Below are positions 1-10,097 of a DNA stretch of 64,000 nucleotides, piece by piece. Each line of letters begins with the position of its first letter. Positions within the stretch are counted from its first letter, which is position 1. Source of the stretch: Synergistota bacterium. GTDB lineage: Bacteria > Synergistota > GBS-1. Where the stretch lies: the NCBI GenBank assembly GCA_025060595.1, contig JANXBX010000001.1, forward strand, positions 185,696 to 249,695. The letters are read 5' to 3'. The position numbers and the translations under genes were made by a program. The notes beneath the pieces were generated by a model. It did not search any database, was not told the DNA's origin, and saw only the letters and a program-made list of their open reading frames with translations.

Positions 1-702
1 CTCCTTGTAACATATCCTCTTAAGGACATCTATTAGCGCAGCATAATTATAGCTATCGCTTAAGCTTGGCATTAATCTCTTGGGAAACTCCGTTAATGGG
101 TTATCTATATGAATATGCTTCACATATTTCTCATATTTAGCTATGTCTTCCACGCTTCTTCCAACAGCTACAAGCCACCTAAGATCACACATGGTCTTTA
201 AGTTATATTTTCCGAACTTTTCTATGAAATCCACAGCTTCAGGAATGGAGTTAATGAAATTAGAAAGACTTGGTGCTAAAGGCTCAAGTAAAACGGTTAT
301 ATTATATTCAGCAGTAACATCACAAAGGATATTCAAGAAATCCATAAGTTTATTATAGGCAGACTGAATATCCCCTTCAGTAGGAAGGCTCCTTGACCTA
401 CCATTACCAAACACATAATAGCGCGCACCAAGCTCCGCTGTTCTATAAGCTCCTATCTTTAGATATTCAGTCCAATACTTTAAATCAAAATCTGGAGAAG
501 CTATACGAACATCAAGAGGAATAGGATTATCAAAAACTTCACAGGTTATGTCAAGGCTTTTAATTTTCTTAAGCGCTGCTTTAAACTCATCCTCACTAAG
601 CTCTACAATTTCTCTTACCTGAAGCTCTGCACAATCATAGCCCGCTTTCTCTATAGCTTCAAGATCTTTTATTTTGCCAAAGCAAGAGAGCTTCATTTTC
701 AT
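1..702 (-). CDS. Sugar phosphate isomerase/epimerase (xylose isomerase-like TIM barrel), partial; N-terminus at 702, C-terminus runs off the window start
   Basis: Minus-strand reading frame is open from ATG (rc of 700-702; RBS GGGGGTGAAAAGG upstream) to position 1 with no stop. Translation MKMKLSCFGKIKDLEAIEKAGYDCAELQV...VLLEPLAPS...VKHIHIDN has the EPL and HIHIxD motifs typical of AP-endonuclease-2/xylose-isomerase-like TIM barrels. Not in the ORF track because it is incomplete. Confidence 0.55.
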   Translation of the reverse strand, partial: MKMKLSCFGKIKDLEAIEKAGYDCAELQVREIVELSEDEFKAALKKIKSLDITCEVFDNPIPLDVRIASPDFDLKYWTEYLKIGAYRTAELGARYYVFGNGRSRSLPTEGDIQSAYNKLMDFLNILCDVTAEYNITVLLEPLAPSLSNFINSIPEAVDFIEKFGKYNLKTMCDLRWLVAVGRSVEDIAKYEKYVKHIHIDNPLTEFPKRLMPSLSDSYNYAALIDVLKRICYKE

Positions 703-716
703 AACCTTTTCACCCC

Positions 717-1760
717 CTAATTTATCTTAACCAATACTTTAATTTCCTCACCATCAGCTGATAGCTTCCTAAAGGCTTCAGGTACTTCTTCCAAAGAACA
801 AACTGAGGTAATCATACTTTTAACATCAAGCTTCCTCTGAGCTATATAGTTCATTACCTCATACATTTCATTAGTGAACATATAGCTACCATAGATGGTC
901 AGCTTTCTTCCAACTATCTCAACAGGGTTTACCTCAACATTCTTCCTTATTATGCCAACTAATACGATATCACCACCATTTCTGACAAGCTTAAACGAGT
1001 CTTTAAGAGCTGATGGTACACCAGCAGCAACTATAACCCTATCAAAACCAACTTTATCAACCAAACCTAATAAACTCTCTACTGGTTCATCTTTAACATT
1101 TAAAACATAATCCGCCCCAAGCTTTTTAGCAACTTCAAGCTTAAAATCAACCACATCAGTTACTACAATCTTACCTGATCCTAAAACTTTTAAAAATTCC
1201 AATATCATTAAACCTATAGGTCCGGCTCCGATAACTGCTACATTCTCGCCCTTTTCGAAATTTCCTTCCTTAGCTGCAGAAAGACATACAGATAATGGTT
1301 CTAACAAGGCACCTTCCTCAAAACTAACTTCCTCGTGCAAAGGGACAAGAGCAAATTCAGGAACACAAACATACTCAGCAAAAGCACCGTCACACCGCTT
1401 CTTCTCAACACCTAACGTTCTTCCAACGCTTCTTCTATAAGGGCATAAGTTTATCCAACCTCTTTGACAGTAATAACACTTACCACAATAAAGCATAGGG
1501 TTAACGCTAACTCTTTGACCAACCCTATCTTTTGAGACACCTGGGCCTACTTCAACAATCTCTCCTGAAAACTCATGCCCAAATATAATAGGTGGTATAG
1601 CTCTATCAGAGCCTATCTTGTACTCTTCTACATCAGAACCACATATTCCAGCAAACTTAACCTTTATACAAACCTCACCCTCCTTAGGAATAGGCTTGGG
1701 AACCATCTCATAACGCATATCGCCAGGTCCATGAAAGACAACCGCTCTCATGTAATCCAT
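717..1760 (-). CDS. Zn-dependent alcohol dehydrogenase (MDR family; sorbitol/threonine dehydrogenase-like)
   Basis: GHEFSGEIVEVG and CGKCYYCQRG zinc-binding motifs; GAGPIGL Rossmann motif. The track start at 1778 is a TTG inside the RBS GGGGAGGGGAG; the likely start is the ATG at 1760 (MDYMRAVVF...). Confidence 0.85.
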   Translation of the reverse strand: MDYMRAVVFHGPGDMRYEMVPKPIPKEGEVCIKVKFAGICGSDVEEYKIGSDRAIPPIIFGHEFSGEIVEVGPGVSKDRVGQRVSVNPMLYCGKCYYCQRGWINLCPYRRSVGRTLGVEKKRCDGAFAEYVCVPEFALVPLHEEVSFEEGALLEPLSVCLSAAKEGNFEKGENVAVIGAGPIGLMILEFLKVLGSGKIVVTDVVDFKLEVAKKLGADYVLNVKDEPVESLLGLVDKVGFDRVIVAAGVPSALKDSFKLVRNGGDIVLVGIIRKNVEVNPVEIVGRKLTIYGSYMFTNEMYEVMNYIAQRKLDVKSMITSVCSLEEVPEAFRKLSADGEEIKVLVKIN

Positions 1761-1791
1761 ACAAGCTCCCCTCCCCAAAGTTTATACTTAA

Positions 1792-1822
1792 GGGCGTGAC
1801 GTTTACTAAAATTGTCACGCCC
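1792..1822 (-). promoter_or_regulatory. Perfect 9-bp inverted repeat GGGCGTGAC-N13-GTCACGCCC between the creatininase-family gene and the ADH RBS; possible partial terminator or operator
   Basis: Read directly from the sequence. Contains a TGACG/CGTCA core palindrome and lies about 12 nt upstream of the ADH Shine-Dalgarno. Confidence 0.35.
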
Positions 1823-1835
1823 TTGAACAAGCACA

Positions 1836-2801
1836 TTATGGTGGCCATGCAATTACATAAATATGCTTACCACCTTTTGTAGGACCTTTAAGCACAGCTT
1901 CTATGAGCTCAGGATCTCTCTGAGTGATCAGTTTAGCATCCGGCAACTTCCCAGGTGGGAATATAGATAAGATATCATTGTGAAGCTTAAGTAGATAATC
2001 GCAAGCTCTTTCTATACAGGCTCTTGCCTTTTCTGCCTTCGCCTTAGTAGCTTTACCAAGTACTCCCTCAGGAGCGGTGATACATTCAATACCTACATTA
2101 CCTACTTGACAGTGTCCAGGTATCGGATAACCGTATATATCTCCACCCCTATCCACATGACCAGGAGGCAGATAACCCTTTATAGTTGTATCCTCCGCAT
2201 GCTCCATATCACAGAACTCCGGGAAAAGAGCTAAAGAAATAGATGTTTCAGCCTCATCCGCATGCTGAAATGGCGTCTCAAATGGACCACCGTGCTCCTT
2301 ATCCATAAGAGTCTGTCCCATAACGCGCGGCAGATCCACGAAGAGTATTAAAGCTGGAACTTGATACTTTTTAGCCCATTCCTGAATAGCTGAAGGAATA
2401 ATATATTCCTGCCCATGCATACTTATGAATATCTGTTTTCTAAATCCGGTATTCCAGTAACCCGTTATTATAGCTCTTATCATAGCAGCGAAAACATCAT
2501 CAGGAAGAGGAACTGTACCCGGTTGACCAATGTGATGGAATGGATGCGAACCATACCATATCGGAGAAGCTATAGTACAGCCAGCCTTAGCCGCAACCAT
2601 TTCAGCTATCCTCGTCACAATAAAGGTATCTTCACCCATTGGACCTGCGCTCCCATGATTCTCTGTTGAACCCACGGGAACTAAAAGAATATCATTAACC
2701 TTTAGCCTCTCTTCAACATCTCTCCTAGTCATCGTGTGATAGTACATCTTATTAGGTTTTTCAATACAACCTTCGTTTGGAAATTTCCACTCTCCCATCA
2801 T
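1836..2801 (-). CDS. Creatininase-family amidohydrolase (creatinine amidohydrolase-like)
   Basis: LVPVGSTENHG...ISMHGQEY motifs match the creatininase-family metal-binding pattern. ATGATG start preceded by AAGGAGGG. Confidence 0.7.
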   Translation of the reverse strand: MMGEWKFPNEGCIEKPNKMYYHTMTRRDVEERLKVNDILLVPVGSTENHGSAGPMGEDTFIVTRIAEMVAAKAGCTIASPIWYGSHPFHHIGQPGTVPLPDDVFAAMIRAIITGYWNTGFRKQIFISMHGQEYIIPSAIQEWAKKYQVPALILFVDLPRVMGQTLMDKEHGGPFETPFQHADEAETSISLALFPEFCDMEHAEDTTIKGYLPPGHVDRGGDIYGYPIPGHCQVGNVGIECITAPEGVLGKATKAKAEKARACIERACDYLLKLHNDILSIFPPGKLPDAKLITQRDPELIEAVLKGPTKGGKHIYVIAWPP

Positions 2802-2828
2802 CTACCCTCCTTACTTTCAAGGATCTTT

Positions 2829-3860
2829 TTAAGGATATAGAATAACCTTTATATCCTTAGACTTTCCTGATGCTAACTCCTCAAAGATCCTCGGACCCTC
2901 ACTTAATGGATACACACCTGTAATAATCTTCTCTACATCCATCTTGCCGCTTTTAAGTATCTCAAGGCCTTCAATCATCTCTGTTATATACATATAGGTC
3001 CCTTTGAAACACAGTTCCCTTGCAACAGCCATCTTGTAATCGATATCTACTGTAGTTGCACCAAGACCTATCCATATGACAGTCCCTCCATTACGAACCA
3101 TCTGAGCGCTATCCTTAACAGTTTCAGCAAAACCAACAGCATCAAAAACCACATCAGCTCCTGCATCATTAGTCATCTTTCTCACAACCTCAGATGCCTT
3201 CTCCCTATTTGGATTTATAATCACATCTGCCCCACACTCTTTAGCCATCTGGAGTCTATTATCTAATACCTCCATCGCAAATACCCTCTTAGCTCCATAG
3301 TACTTCGCAGACATGACTGTCAAAAGACCTATAGGTCCAGCACCATAAACCGCTACCTCCTTACCCTCTAAGCTACCTACATGCTTTACAGCACGAAGAA
3401 CATTAGCTAAAGGCTCTATCAAAGCAGCTGCATTGAAGGAAACGTTATCGGGTAGCTTTATAACCTTATTAGCTGGAGCAACTACATATTCCGCCATAGC
3501 CCCATTGTAAGAACCCGCCTTCATCGTAGTACCTATTATCCTACGGTTTTCACAAATGTTAATAAATCCAGCTTTACAGTTAGGACAATCACCACAATAC
3601 AAATTGGTCTCAACTATTACACGATCCCCAACATTGATTCCCTTTACCCCTTCGCCTAACTTAGCTATCTCACCTGAGAACTCATGTCCCATAATAAGAG
3701 GGGGTACTCTAAAGGGAGATTTCCCTCTATAACCGTTTAAGTCTGAACCACATATGGAAACAGCTTTTACCTTAATTAGAACCTCTCCTTGCTTAGGTTC
3801 AGGGGTTTCCACATCTACATACCTTATATCCCCTGCACCGTAAAAAACTAAAGCTTTCAT
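2829..3860 (-). CDS. Zn-dependent alcohol dehydrogenase (MDR family), second paralog
   Basis: GHEFSGEIAKLG, CGDCPNCKAG and GAGPIGLL motifs; RBS GGGGGGG. Confidence 0.85.
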   Translation of the reverse strand: MKALVFYGAGDIRYVDVETPEPKQGEVLIKVKAVSICGSDLNGYRGKSPFRVPPLIMGHEFSGEIAKLGEGVKGINVGDRVIVETNLYCGDCPNCKAGFINICENRRIIGTTMKAGSYNGAMAEYVVAPANKVIKLPDNVSFNAAALIEPLANVLRAVKHVGSLEGKEVAVYGAGPIGLLTVMSAKYYGAKRVFAMEVLDNRLQMAKECGADVIINPNREKASEVVRKMTNDAGADVVFDAVGFAETVKDSAQMVRNGGTVIWIGLGATTVDIDYKMAVARELCFKGTYMYITEMIEGLEILKSGKMDVEKIITGVYPLSEGPRIFEELASGKSKDIKVILYP

Positions 3861-3886
3861 ATTTCTGCCCCCCTTTATTTATTTTG

Positions 3887-3919
3887 TTGGCTCCCCCACC
3901 AGGTGGTGGGGGGAGCCAA
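3887..3919 (-). promoter_or_regulatory. GC-rich 14-bp stem-loop (TTGGCTCCCCCACC-AGGT-GGTGGGGGAGCCAA) between TRAP SBP gene and ADH gene; intra-operon mRNA hairpin
   Basis: Read directly. No U-tract follows on the minus transcript, so it is more likely a stabiliser or attenuator than a full terminator. Confidence 0.4.
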
Positions 3920-3932
3920 CCTGATCGAACTC

Positions 3933-4952
3933 TTATTTCTTTACCTGAGTTATAGCAAGTAAGAGATCATCGACGATTTCACTACCTACAGCACTTCTTA
4001 CCATATCAGCAACGCCCTTTGCTGCTTCTTTCATTCTCTGCCTCATTTCCGGTGTAACCTCTATAATTTCCATACCTTTCTTCTGAAGCTCAACCAACAT
4101 AGCGCTAGTTTGAGTTTTAGATTCCTTAAACAGATATTCGCTAACCTCGTTAGTTACATCAGTTACTGTCTTCTGATAGTCAGCAGGCATACCATCATAT
4201 AGCTTCTTGTTCATTATGTAGGTAAACACAAAACATATATGATGTGTATTAACCACATATTTCTGAACCTCGTAGAACTTAGCAGACCAAATTATCTCGT
4301 ATGGGTTCTCCTGAGCATCTACTATACCCTGCTGCAAGGCTACGTAAAGTTCAGCAAAGCTAAGAGGCGTAGGATTAGCTCCCAAAGCTCTCCAGAAAGC
4401 TAAATGATATTTGTTTTCCATAGTCCTTATCTTCAAACCCTTAAGATCATCTATACTCTTTACCGGTTTCTTCGTAGTGAGCTCGCGGAAGTAAATAGGT
4501 GTAAACATAAGAAGCTTAAAGCCAGCCTTTTCGTAATCTGGAATAAGCTTACCTTTAAACGGATCTAATGCCTTTTTTGCAACATCCAAATCATCAAAAA
4601 GCATAGCTATATCAAACACAGCAAGCTTAGGAACAAAACCAACCATGGGAGCGGTAGTTAAAGAAACCATAGCTATATTTCCAGCCTGACAACTTTCAAC
4701 GGTTTCTCTATCTCCTCCAAGCTTAGAGTCAAGATATAGCTCAACCTTTATTTTTCCATTAGATTTCTTCTCAAGTAACTCCTTAAAAAGCTTAGCAGCT
4801 AATACCCTTGGAGTATCTTGAGCGCTAGGATAGGCCCCTGCTAACTGCAAAGTGTACTGTTGGGCATACGCTGGAACATCGCCCACTACCAAGCCCATAA
4901 GCCCTATCACTAAACTAACCACCACTACACCCGCTAGAAGCTTTTTCATCAC
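3933..4952 (-). CDS. dctP: TRAP transporter substrate-binding protein, DctP family
   Basis: Signal peptide; DctP-family length and motifs (LKIRTMENKYHLAFWRALGANPTP...). Confidence 0.85.
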   Translation of the reverse strand: MMKKLLAGVVVVSLVIGLMGLVVGDVPAYAQQYTLQLAGAYPSAQDTPRVLAAKLFKELLEKKSNGKIKVELYLDSKLGGDRETVESCQAGNIAMVSLTTAPMVGFVPKLAVFDIAMLFDDLDVAKKALDPFKGKLIPDYEKAGFKLLMFTPIYFRELTTKKPVKSIDDLKGLKIRTMENKYHLAFWRALGANPTPLSFAELYVALQQGIVDAQENPYEIIWSAKFYEVQKYVVNTHHICFVFTYIMNKKLYDGMPADYQKTVTDVTNEVSEYLFKESKTQTSAMLVELQKKGMEIIEVTPEMRQRMKEAAKGVADMVRSAVGSEIVDDLLLAITQVKK

Positions 4953-5019
4953 TGCTCCCCTCCTCTAAGAGAGATTTTTAAATCTCAGAAAAAGACCGCT
5001 AAGTTAAAACCTTATCTCA

Positions 5020-6321
5020 TCACCCCCTTCTAACTAAAATCAAGCTAATATCTGGTATATAAGTCACTAGAAAGAGCGCAACTATAAAAGCCAAGATAAA
5101 TGGTATAGCCTGCTTTCCGACATCCATAACAGGTCTCTCTACAAGCGGACAGGCAACGAAGAGATTAACACCAAAAGGTGGTGTTGCCATACCTACAGCT
5201 AAATTTATAGACATTACTATTCCCAAATGCACGGGATCTATACCTAAAGCTACAGCTGCTGGCAAAAGCATCGGTGCTAATATGGCTATAACTGGTCCTA
5301 TATCCATAAACATACCTATGATAAGGAAAAGAACATTTAAACCCAATAAGAAAAGAGCTGCATTGCCACCGAAGTTAGTCACTATAAAATCCCTAACGAC
5401 CTGTGGAACTTGAAGTAGCGCTAAAACACGTCCAAAAACTATAGCTAAGGATAGAAGCATAACTATTGGAGTGTAAGCCCTAACAGAGTTAATCAGTATT
5501 CTTGGAAGATCCTTAAGGCTTAAAGTCTTGTATATAAAAAGACAAGCTAAAAAGGAGTAAAAGACCGAAATAACAGCCGCTTCCGTAGGAGTAACAACAC
5601 CTGTATATATCCCTCCTAAGACAATCACTGGACTTAAGAGAGCCCAAAAACTCTCTCTAAAAACTCTAAAGAAACCTCTAGATCTTAACTCGTTATATTT
5701 AGTTTGGATTCTTACCCTATCCTCACCTTTAGTCACAGCATATATATAAGCATAGGCCATCAAGCATAAACCTATCGTTATCCCAGGGAAAATACCTGCT
5801 ATAAACAAATCCCCTATAGATGTTCCGGTTACAACACCATATGTCACAAAGGGAATGCTCGGAGGAATTATTACGCCTAAACCACCAGCAGTCGCTATCA
5901 TTCCAGCAACAAAGGTCTTATCATACCCTAGGGAAATTAAAAAAGGTATAGCCATACTCCCCACGGCTGCAGTTGTAGCCACACCTGATCCCGAAATAGC
6001 CCCATAAAACATAGCTGTAGCTATAGTAGCCATAAGCATCCCAGCTCTAACCTTCCCTAAGAAGAACACAAAGAAGTCGAAGAGCTTTTCAGATATCTTA
6101 CCTCTCGTCATTATATCTCCAGCTAGTATGAAAAGCGGGATAGCAAGTATAGGGGTATTATCAAGAGCATTTACCATATTTCTAATCACAAAGTTTATAT
6201 TCCCAGCAACGAAACGAGGATTTAATAAACCAGGAATTATCGTAGCCAAACCGAGCGAAACCAATAAAGGAACGCCCAATAGCAAACAAACAAGCATTAC
6301 GATAAAAGCTATAGTTCCCAT
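5020..6321 (-). CDS. dctM: TRAP transporter large permease, DctM
   Basis: 433-aa polytopic membrane protein with DctM-family motifs. Confidence 0.9.
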   Translation of the reverse strand: MGTIAFIVMLVCLLLGVPLLVSLGLATIIPGLLNPRFVAGNINFVIRNMVNALDNTPILAIPLFILAGDIMTRGKISEKLFDFFVFFLGKVRAGMLMATIATAMFYGAISGSGVATTAAVGSMAIPFLISLGYDKTFVAGMIATAGGLGVIIPPSIPFVTYGVVTGTSIGDLFIAGIFPGITIGLCLMAYAYIYAVTKGEDRVRIQTKYNELRSRGFFRVFRESFWALLSPVIVLGGIYTGVVTPTEAAVISVFYSFLACLFIYKTLSLKDLPRILINSVRAYTPIVMLLSLAIVFGRVLALLQVPQVVRDFIVTNFGGNAALFLLGLNVLFLIIGMFMDIGPVIAILAPMLLPAAVALGIDPVHLGIVMSINLAVGMATPPFGVNLFVACPLVERPVMDVGKQAIPFILAFIVALFLVTYIPDISLILVRRG

Positions 6322-6334
6322 GTTATTTCCTCCT

Positions 6335-6832
6335 TCACTTTTCTGCCTTTAAGGTACTCAAACCTTGCTTCCTAAACATTTCTATTATGCTTTGAATAGA
6401 CCTAACAGTTGCAAGAAAGAATCCCACATTAGCTGAAAAATAAACCAAATACATAGGAATCTCCATAGCAGGGCTTGTTTGCCCACTATCCTTTATCATC
6501 TTAACTACAGGGATGGAGTTCACAAATAGATAAACAAAGAAAATCAAAACGAAAAACTCCACACCTATCTTTAAAAATCTCTTAATATTTAAAGGTAATA
6601 CTTCAACCAAAGAATCAACCCTTAATATCGTTTTTTTCCTTATGCTATAACCTATACTTAAAAGAGAAGACCATACAAATAGATACCGGCAAACCTCTTC
6701 AGCCCAGGAGAGCGACGATCCAACCACATAACGCATAAAAACTTGAAGCATCATCACACAAGCAATCAAAACGAGAAAGATGCTTAAAATTAGCTCCTCT
6801 AAATGCTGATCTATCCATCTTACAACAGCCAC
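6335..6832 (-). CDS. dctQ: TRAP transporter small permease, DctQ
   Basis: 165 aa with 4 TM segments, immediately upstream of dctM. Confidence 0.8.
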   Translation of the reverse strand: MAVVRWIDQHLEELILSIFLVLIACVMMLQVFMRYVVGSSLSWAEEVCRYLFVWSSLLSIGYSIRKKTILRVDSLVEVLPLNIKRFLKIGVEFFVLIFFVYLFVNSIPVVKMIKDSGQTSPAMEIPMYLVYFSANVGFFLATVRSIQSIIEMFRKQGLSTLKAEK

Positions 6833-6854
6833 CCTCTATCCCTCCTTTAAAAAT

Positions 6855-6889
6855 AAAAGGCGGTAGCGAAAACTCTAACTACCGCCTTT
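6855..6889 (-). terminator. Rho-independent terminator (11-bp stem AAAGGCGGTAG/CTACCGCCTTT) after the cupin/AOR operon; T-rich on both sides
   Basis: Stem-loop with flanking T-runs read directly; lies between the cupin stop (6898) and the dctQ start (6832). Confidence 0.6.
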
Positions 6890-6897
6890 AAATGTCT

Positions 6898-7272
6898 TTA
6901 TGTTTTTCCCTCCTCTTTTCTGTGACTCTTAAGCTGAGGAGAATATATCCATATAAACTTGAGGGGCTCGTCTCCCGTGTTAACGATAGAGTGATACTCT
7001 CCTGGAGGATTATAAATACACACTCCCGGTTCTAAAGGTATCTCCTCATCCTTGGTTATAAACTTTCCTCTACCCTGTAAAAAAATCATAACCTCTTCCT
7101 CATTGTCATGCTTATGCTCTGGAACCCTACTTCCCACATAAGTCTCGTTTATACCTACAGCTAAATTTTTAGCCCCTACAGTTTTTTCTGAAACCAATAT
7201 CCACGACTTTCTTGGAGGCTCTCTATATTCTCCCTCTACCTCACTTATGCGAATAACTTTTACTCTCGACAT
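6898..7272 (-). CDS. Cupin domain protein
   Basis: Small beta-barrel protein with a cupin_2-like His/Glu pattern (HKHDNEEEVMIFLQGRG...GEYH). Confidence 0.65.
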   Translation of the reverse strand: MSRVKVIRISEVEGEYREPPRKSWILVSEKTVGAKNLAVGINETYVGSRVPEHKHDNEEEVMIFLQGRGKFITKDEEIPLEPGVCIYNPPGEYHSIVNTGDEPLKFIWIYSPQLKSHRKEEGKT

Positions 7273-7287
7273 ACCCCTACCCCCCTA

Positions 7288-9018
7288 TTAGAAGATATTT
7301 GGATCCATTTCAATATCCCATATACTCTCTAATTCCTCCTGAGGAATATCGAATACCGAGTTATGCGGAGGCAACGGTTCCTCCCTCATAAACTCTGGAA
7401 TTCTCTTAAACCTCTCCGACACTCCAGCAAGCTCATTAAACTTTCTCTCAATATTTAAAACTTCAACCCCTATATGTTTTGCATCCTTAAAACTTAAATC
7501 CCAACCATACCTCGCTCTAAATAGTCCACCTAATAAATCCGGATTTTTAATAAAAGCGGGTCTTATAAACAAACACACTCCCATCGAATCTATCAATGCT
7601 GCCCTTATCTGAAGCTGCCTCGATATGCGAACCTGCCCTTCTTTAGAAAGCGGATCATGATACCTCACGGTTTCAAAGGCATTACCAGCTGTATGATCTG
7701 CACCCATTGTAGACGTAGCATACAATACTCCATTTCCTTTCAACCCTCTTGGATCATAAGCGGGCATAGCCTGCCCTTTGACTACCGGAACCCTTCTTAC
7801 ACCAAAAGCCTGGCCTGTGAAAGCCGCACCATTACCTATAACTCTACCTAAAACCGTTCCTTCTCCTATCTGTCTTATCAAATCTTTTGCTCCCTTCGCA
7901 TCTCCAAACTTTATAACCCCAGCTTCCATAGCTACACCTATAGCCGCGCCAATCTCTATTGTGTCAACACCAACCTCATTGCATAGATGATTCAACTCAG
8001 CTACCGCATCCACATCTCCTATACCACAGTTAGGTCCCAATAAAACAACACTTTCATATTGAAGAGTCGCCACTATCTTTTTACCAGCTTTGTCTGGGAA
8101 AATATGACTACACATTATAGTACAACTTGGTACACACTGAGTCCCGCTTTTACCACAACCTCCTCTACTTCTTATAAGCTCAGCCACCGCCGGACCTGTA
8201 AAGTTATCAGCAAACTCAAACTGCCCCACGCTAAAGTTCCTCGTTGGGAGAAACCCTAATTTATTAACCATCTCTAAGATATCGAGGGTTCCATATTTCC
8301 TCCTATTCTGGCTCTTAGGATCCTCCTTAAGAATCTTTGCAACCTCCTTGACAATATCGCTTAGCAATTTGGGGTCATGATAATCAGGTTCAACCGTTTC
8401 AGAATCATCTACAACTATCGCTTTTATTCCCTTCGATCCCATCACAGCCCCCAAGCCGCCTCTTGCAGCATACCTTACTTGCTCTAACCTATCATCAGTG
8501 AGAGCTATACCAGCACCGTAAAGCTTCATCTCCCCAGCAGGACCTATACATATAAGTCCTTTTCTATCTCCAAACTCCTTCCTTAATAGGTCAAAAGTCT
8601 CACTAACAACTTTTCCCTTAAGATAGGGGGCATCAATAAGCCTCGCTTCACGAGCGCTAACATATAAGACCCTAGTCTGCTCTCTATCTGGAATATCTTC
8701 TAATATTATTGCCTTTACACCTATCCGTGCCAGCTTTTTACCAGCACTACCACCAGAATTGCATTCCTTTACGCCACCAGTAAGCGGACTTTTACCACCA
8801 ATAGAAACTCTTCCACTTGTGCTTAAATTAGTATCAGCAAAATATCCAGAAGAAATTATTAGCTTGTTATATCTACCCAAAGGCTCACAGGTTGGTGGAA
8901 CCTCATCTAATAAAACCTTAGCTATATAATATCTACCAGCATATTTACGTTCCTCCGATGTTGCGATCGACTCCTTAATTTCACCAGTTTTTGTGTTAAC
9001 TCTAATTATCCTTCTCAT
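7288..9018 (-). CDS. aor: Aldehyde:ferredoxin oxidoreductase family protein (tungstopterin-containing AOR)
   Basis: N-terminus MRRIIRVNTKTGEIKE...GGKSPLTGGV is characteristic of the AOR family; 576 aa. Confidence 0.85.
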   Translation of the reverse strand: MRRIIRVNTKTGEIKESIATSEERKYAGRYYIAKVLLDEVPPTCEPLGRYNKLIISSGYFADTNLSTSGRVSIGGKSPLTGGVKECNSGGSAGKKLARIGVKAIILEDIPDREQTRVLYVSAREARLIDAPYLKGKVVSETFDLLRKEFGDRKGLICIGPAGEMKLYGAGIALTDDRLEQVRYAARGGLGAVMGSKGIKAIVVDDSETVEPDYHDPKLLSDIVKEVAKILKEDPKSQNRRKYGTLDILEMVNKLGFLPTRNFSVGQFEFADNFTGPAVAELIRSRGGCGKSGTQCVPSCTIMCSHIFPDKAGKKIVATLQYESVVLLGPNCGIGDVDAVAELNHLCNEVGVDTIEIGAAIGVAMEAGVIKFGDAKGAKDLIRQIGEGTVLGRVIGNGAAFTGQAFGVRRVPVVKGQAMPAYDPRGLKGNGVLYATSTMGADHTAGNAFETVRYHDPLSKEGQVRISRQLQIRAALIDSMGVCLFIRPAFIKNPDLLGGLFRARYGWDLSFKDAKHIGVEVLNIERKFNELAGVSERFKRIPEFMREEPLPPHNSVFDIPQEELESIWDIEMDPNIF

Positions 9019-9034
9019 TAACTTTATACCCCCC

Positions 9035-10072
9035 TTAGTTTAATCTTAAACTTGAACCAAGCTTAATTAGAAGGGAGTTTATAGAAGAAGCTAACTTCTC
9101 ATCTATCTCTACGCCTTCTTTCTTGCTTTTCCCCTCTTTCCTAAACTCTATTTCACCAGGTATAAGAATCTCTTCAACACCACATGCTTTTTTAAGATTT
9201 TTAACCGTTTCAAAGTAATTTTTCATCTTTCTTCTAAACTCAGCTACGTCTATAAAACGAGAAACATCTATAACTATACATGAAGCTCCTACTCTTGTTG
9301 GCCCCTCAAGGATATGAAAAGATTTAAGCTGATTTCCATATCCGGATCCAGCCAATAATCCACAAACGATATCCACGGCCATAGCTAAAGCAGAACCCTT
9401 AGGTCCACCTATCGGCATTAATGTTCCCTCAAGGGCCTTTTCAGGATCAGTAGTCGGTTTGCCCTCACAATCTAAGGCCCATCCCTCCGGTATCTTCACG
9501 CCCTTTCTCTGAGCCTCTCTTATCTTACCTCGCGCTACAACGCTTGTTGCCATGTCCATAGTAAAATTCATACCATCGCCAGGTATGGAAAGAGCTATGG
9601 GATTCGTTCCCAAAAATTTTTCAGCAGCTCCCCACGGAGCCATCGAAGGCGCTGCATTAGAGACCATCAAAGCCATCATTCCCTGTTCAGCTGCCCTTTC
9701 AGTATAACAACCAAGACAACCCACATTATTAGTATTACGTATTAAAGCCATACCTATACCATATTTTTTCGCCTTCTCAATAGCCTTTTCCAAAGCTAGA
9801 TAACCAGCCACCATACCTATACCATCTTTACCATCTATAAGAAGAGTAGCTTCTTCATCATATAAAACTTCTACTTCGGTAGGCAACTTAAGTTGTCCTC
9901 CCTCAACTCGCATAGCTATTACGTTTAAAAGATATATACCGTGCGTCGAAACTCCTCTCATGTCTGCTCTCACCAATATCTCAGCTATTCTCTTAGCATT
10001 TTCATGACTCTCTCCTAATCTTCTTAAAATATCTTCCGTAACAAGCTTTAACTTTTCCACAGCAACCTTCAA
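9035..10072 (-). CDS. Ldh2-family (malate/L-lactate dehydrogenase family 2) oxidoreductase, YiaK/AllD-like
   Basis: N-terminal pattern ...RADMRGVSTHGI... and 345 aa fit Ldh_2. Confidence 0.75.
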   Translation of the reverse strand: MKVAVEKLKLVTEDILRRLGESHENAKRIAEILVRADMRGVSTHGIYLLNVIAMRVEGGQLKLPTEVEVLYDEEATLLIDGKDGIGMVAGYLALEKAIEKAKKYGIGMALIRNTNNVGCLGCYTERAAEQGMMALMVSNAAPSMAPWGAAEKFLGTNPIALSIPGDGMNFTMDMATSVVARGKIREAQRKGVKIPEGWALDCEGKPTTDPEKALEGTLMPIGGPKGSALAMAVDIVCGLLAGSGYGNQLKSFHILEGPTRVGASCIVIDVSRFIDVAEFRRKMKNYFETVKNLKKACGVEEILIPGEIEFRKEGKSKKEGVEIDEKLASSINSLLIKLGSSLRLN

Positions 10073-10097
10073 AGCCCTCTGCCTCCCCTTGACCTAT

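Noticed and set aside
143-358. 71-aa plus-strand ORF at the window start
   Set aside because: It lies antisense inside the open minus-strand sugar-phosphate isomerase frame (1-702) and has no RBS; it is a spurious ORF.
4953-5019. Small palindrome GAGATTTTTAAATCTC between dctM and dctP
   Set aside because: The loop is too small and the stem AT-rich; not convincing as a structured element.
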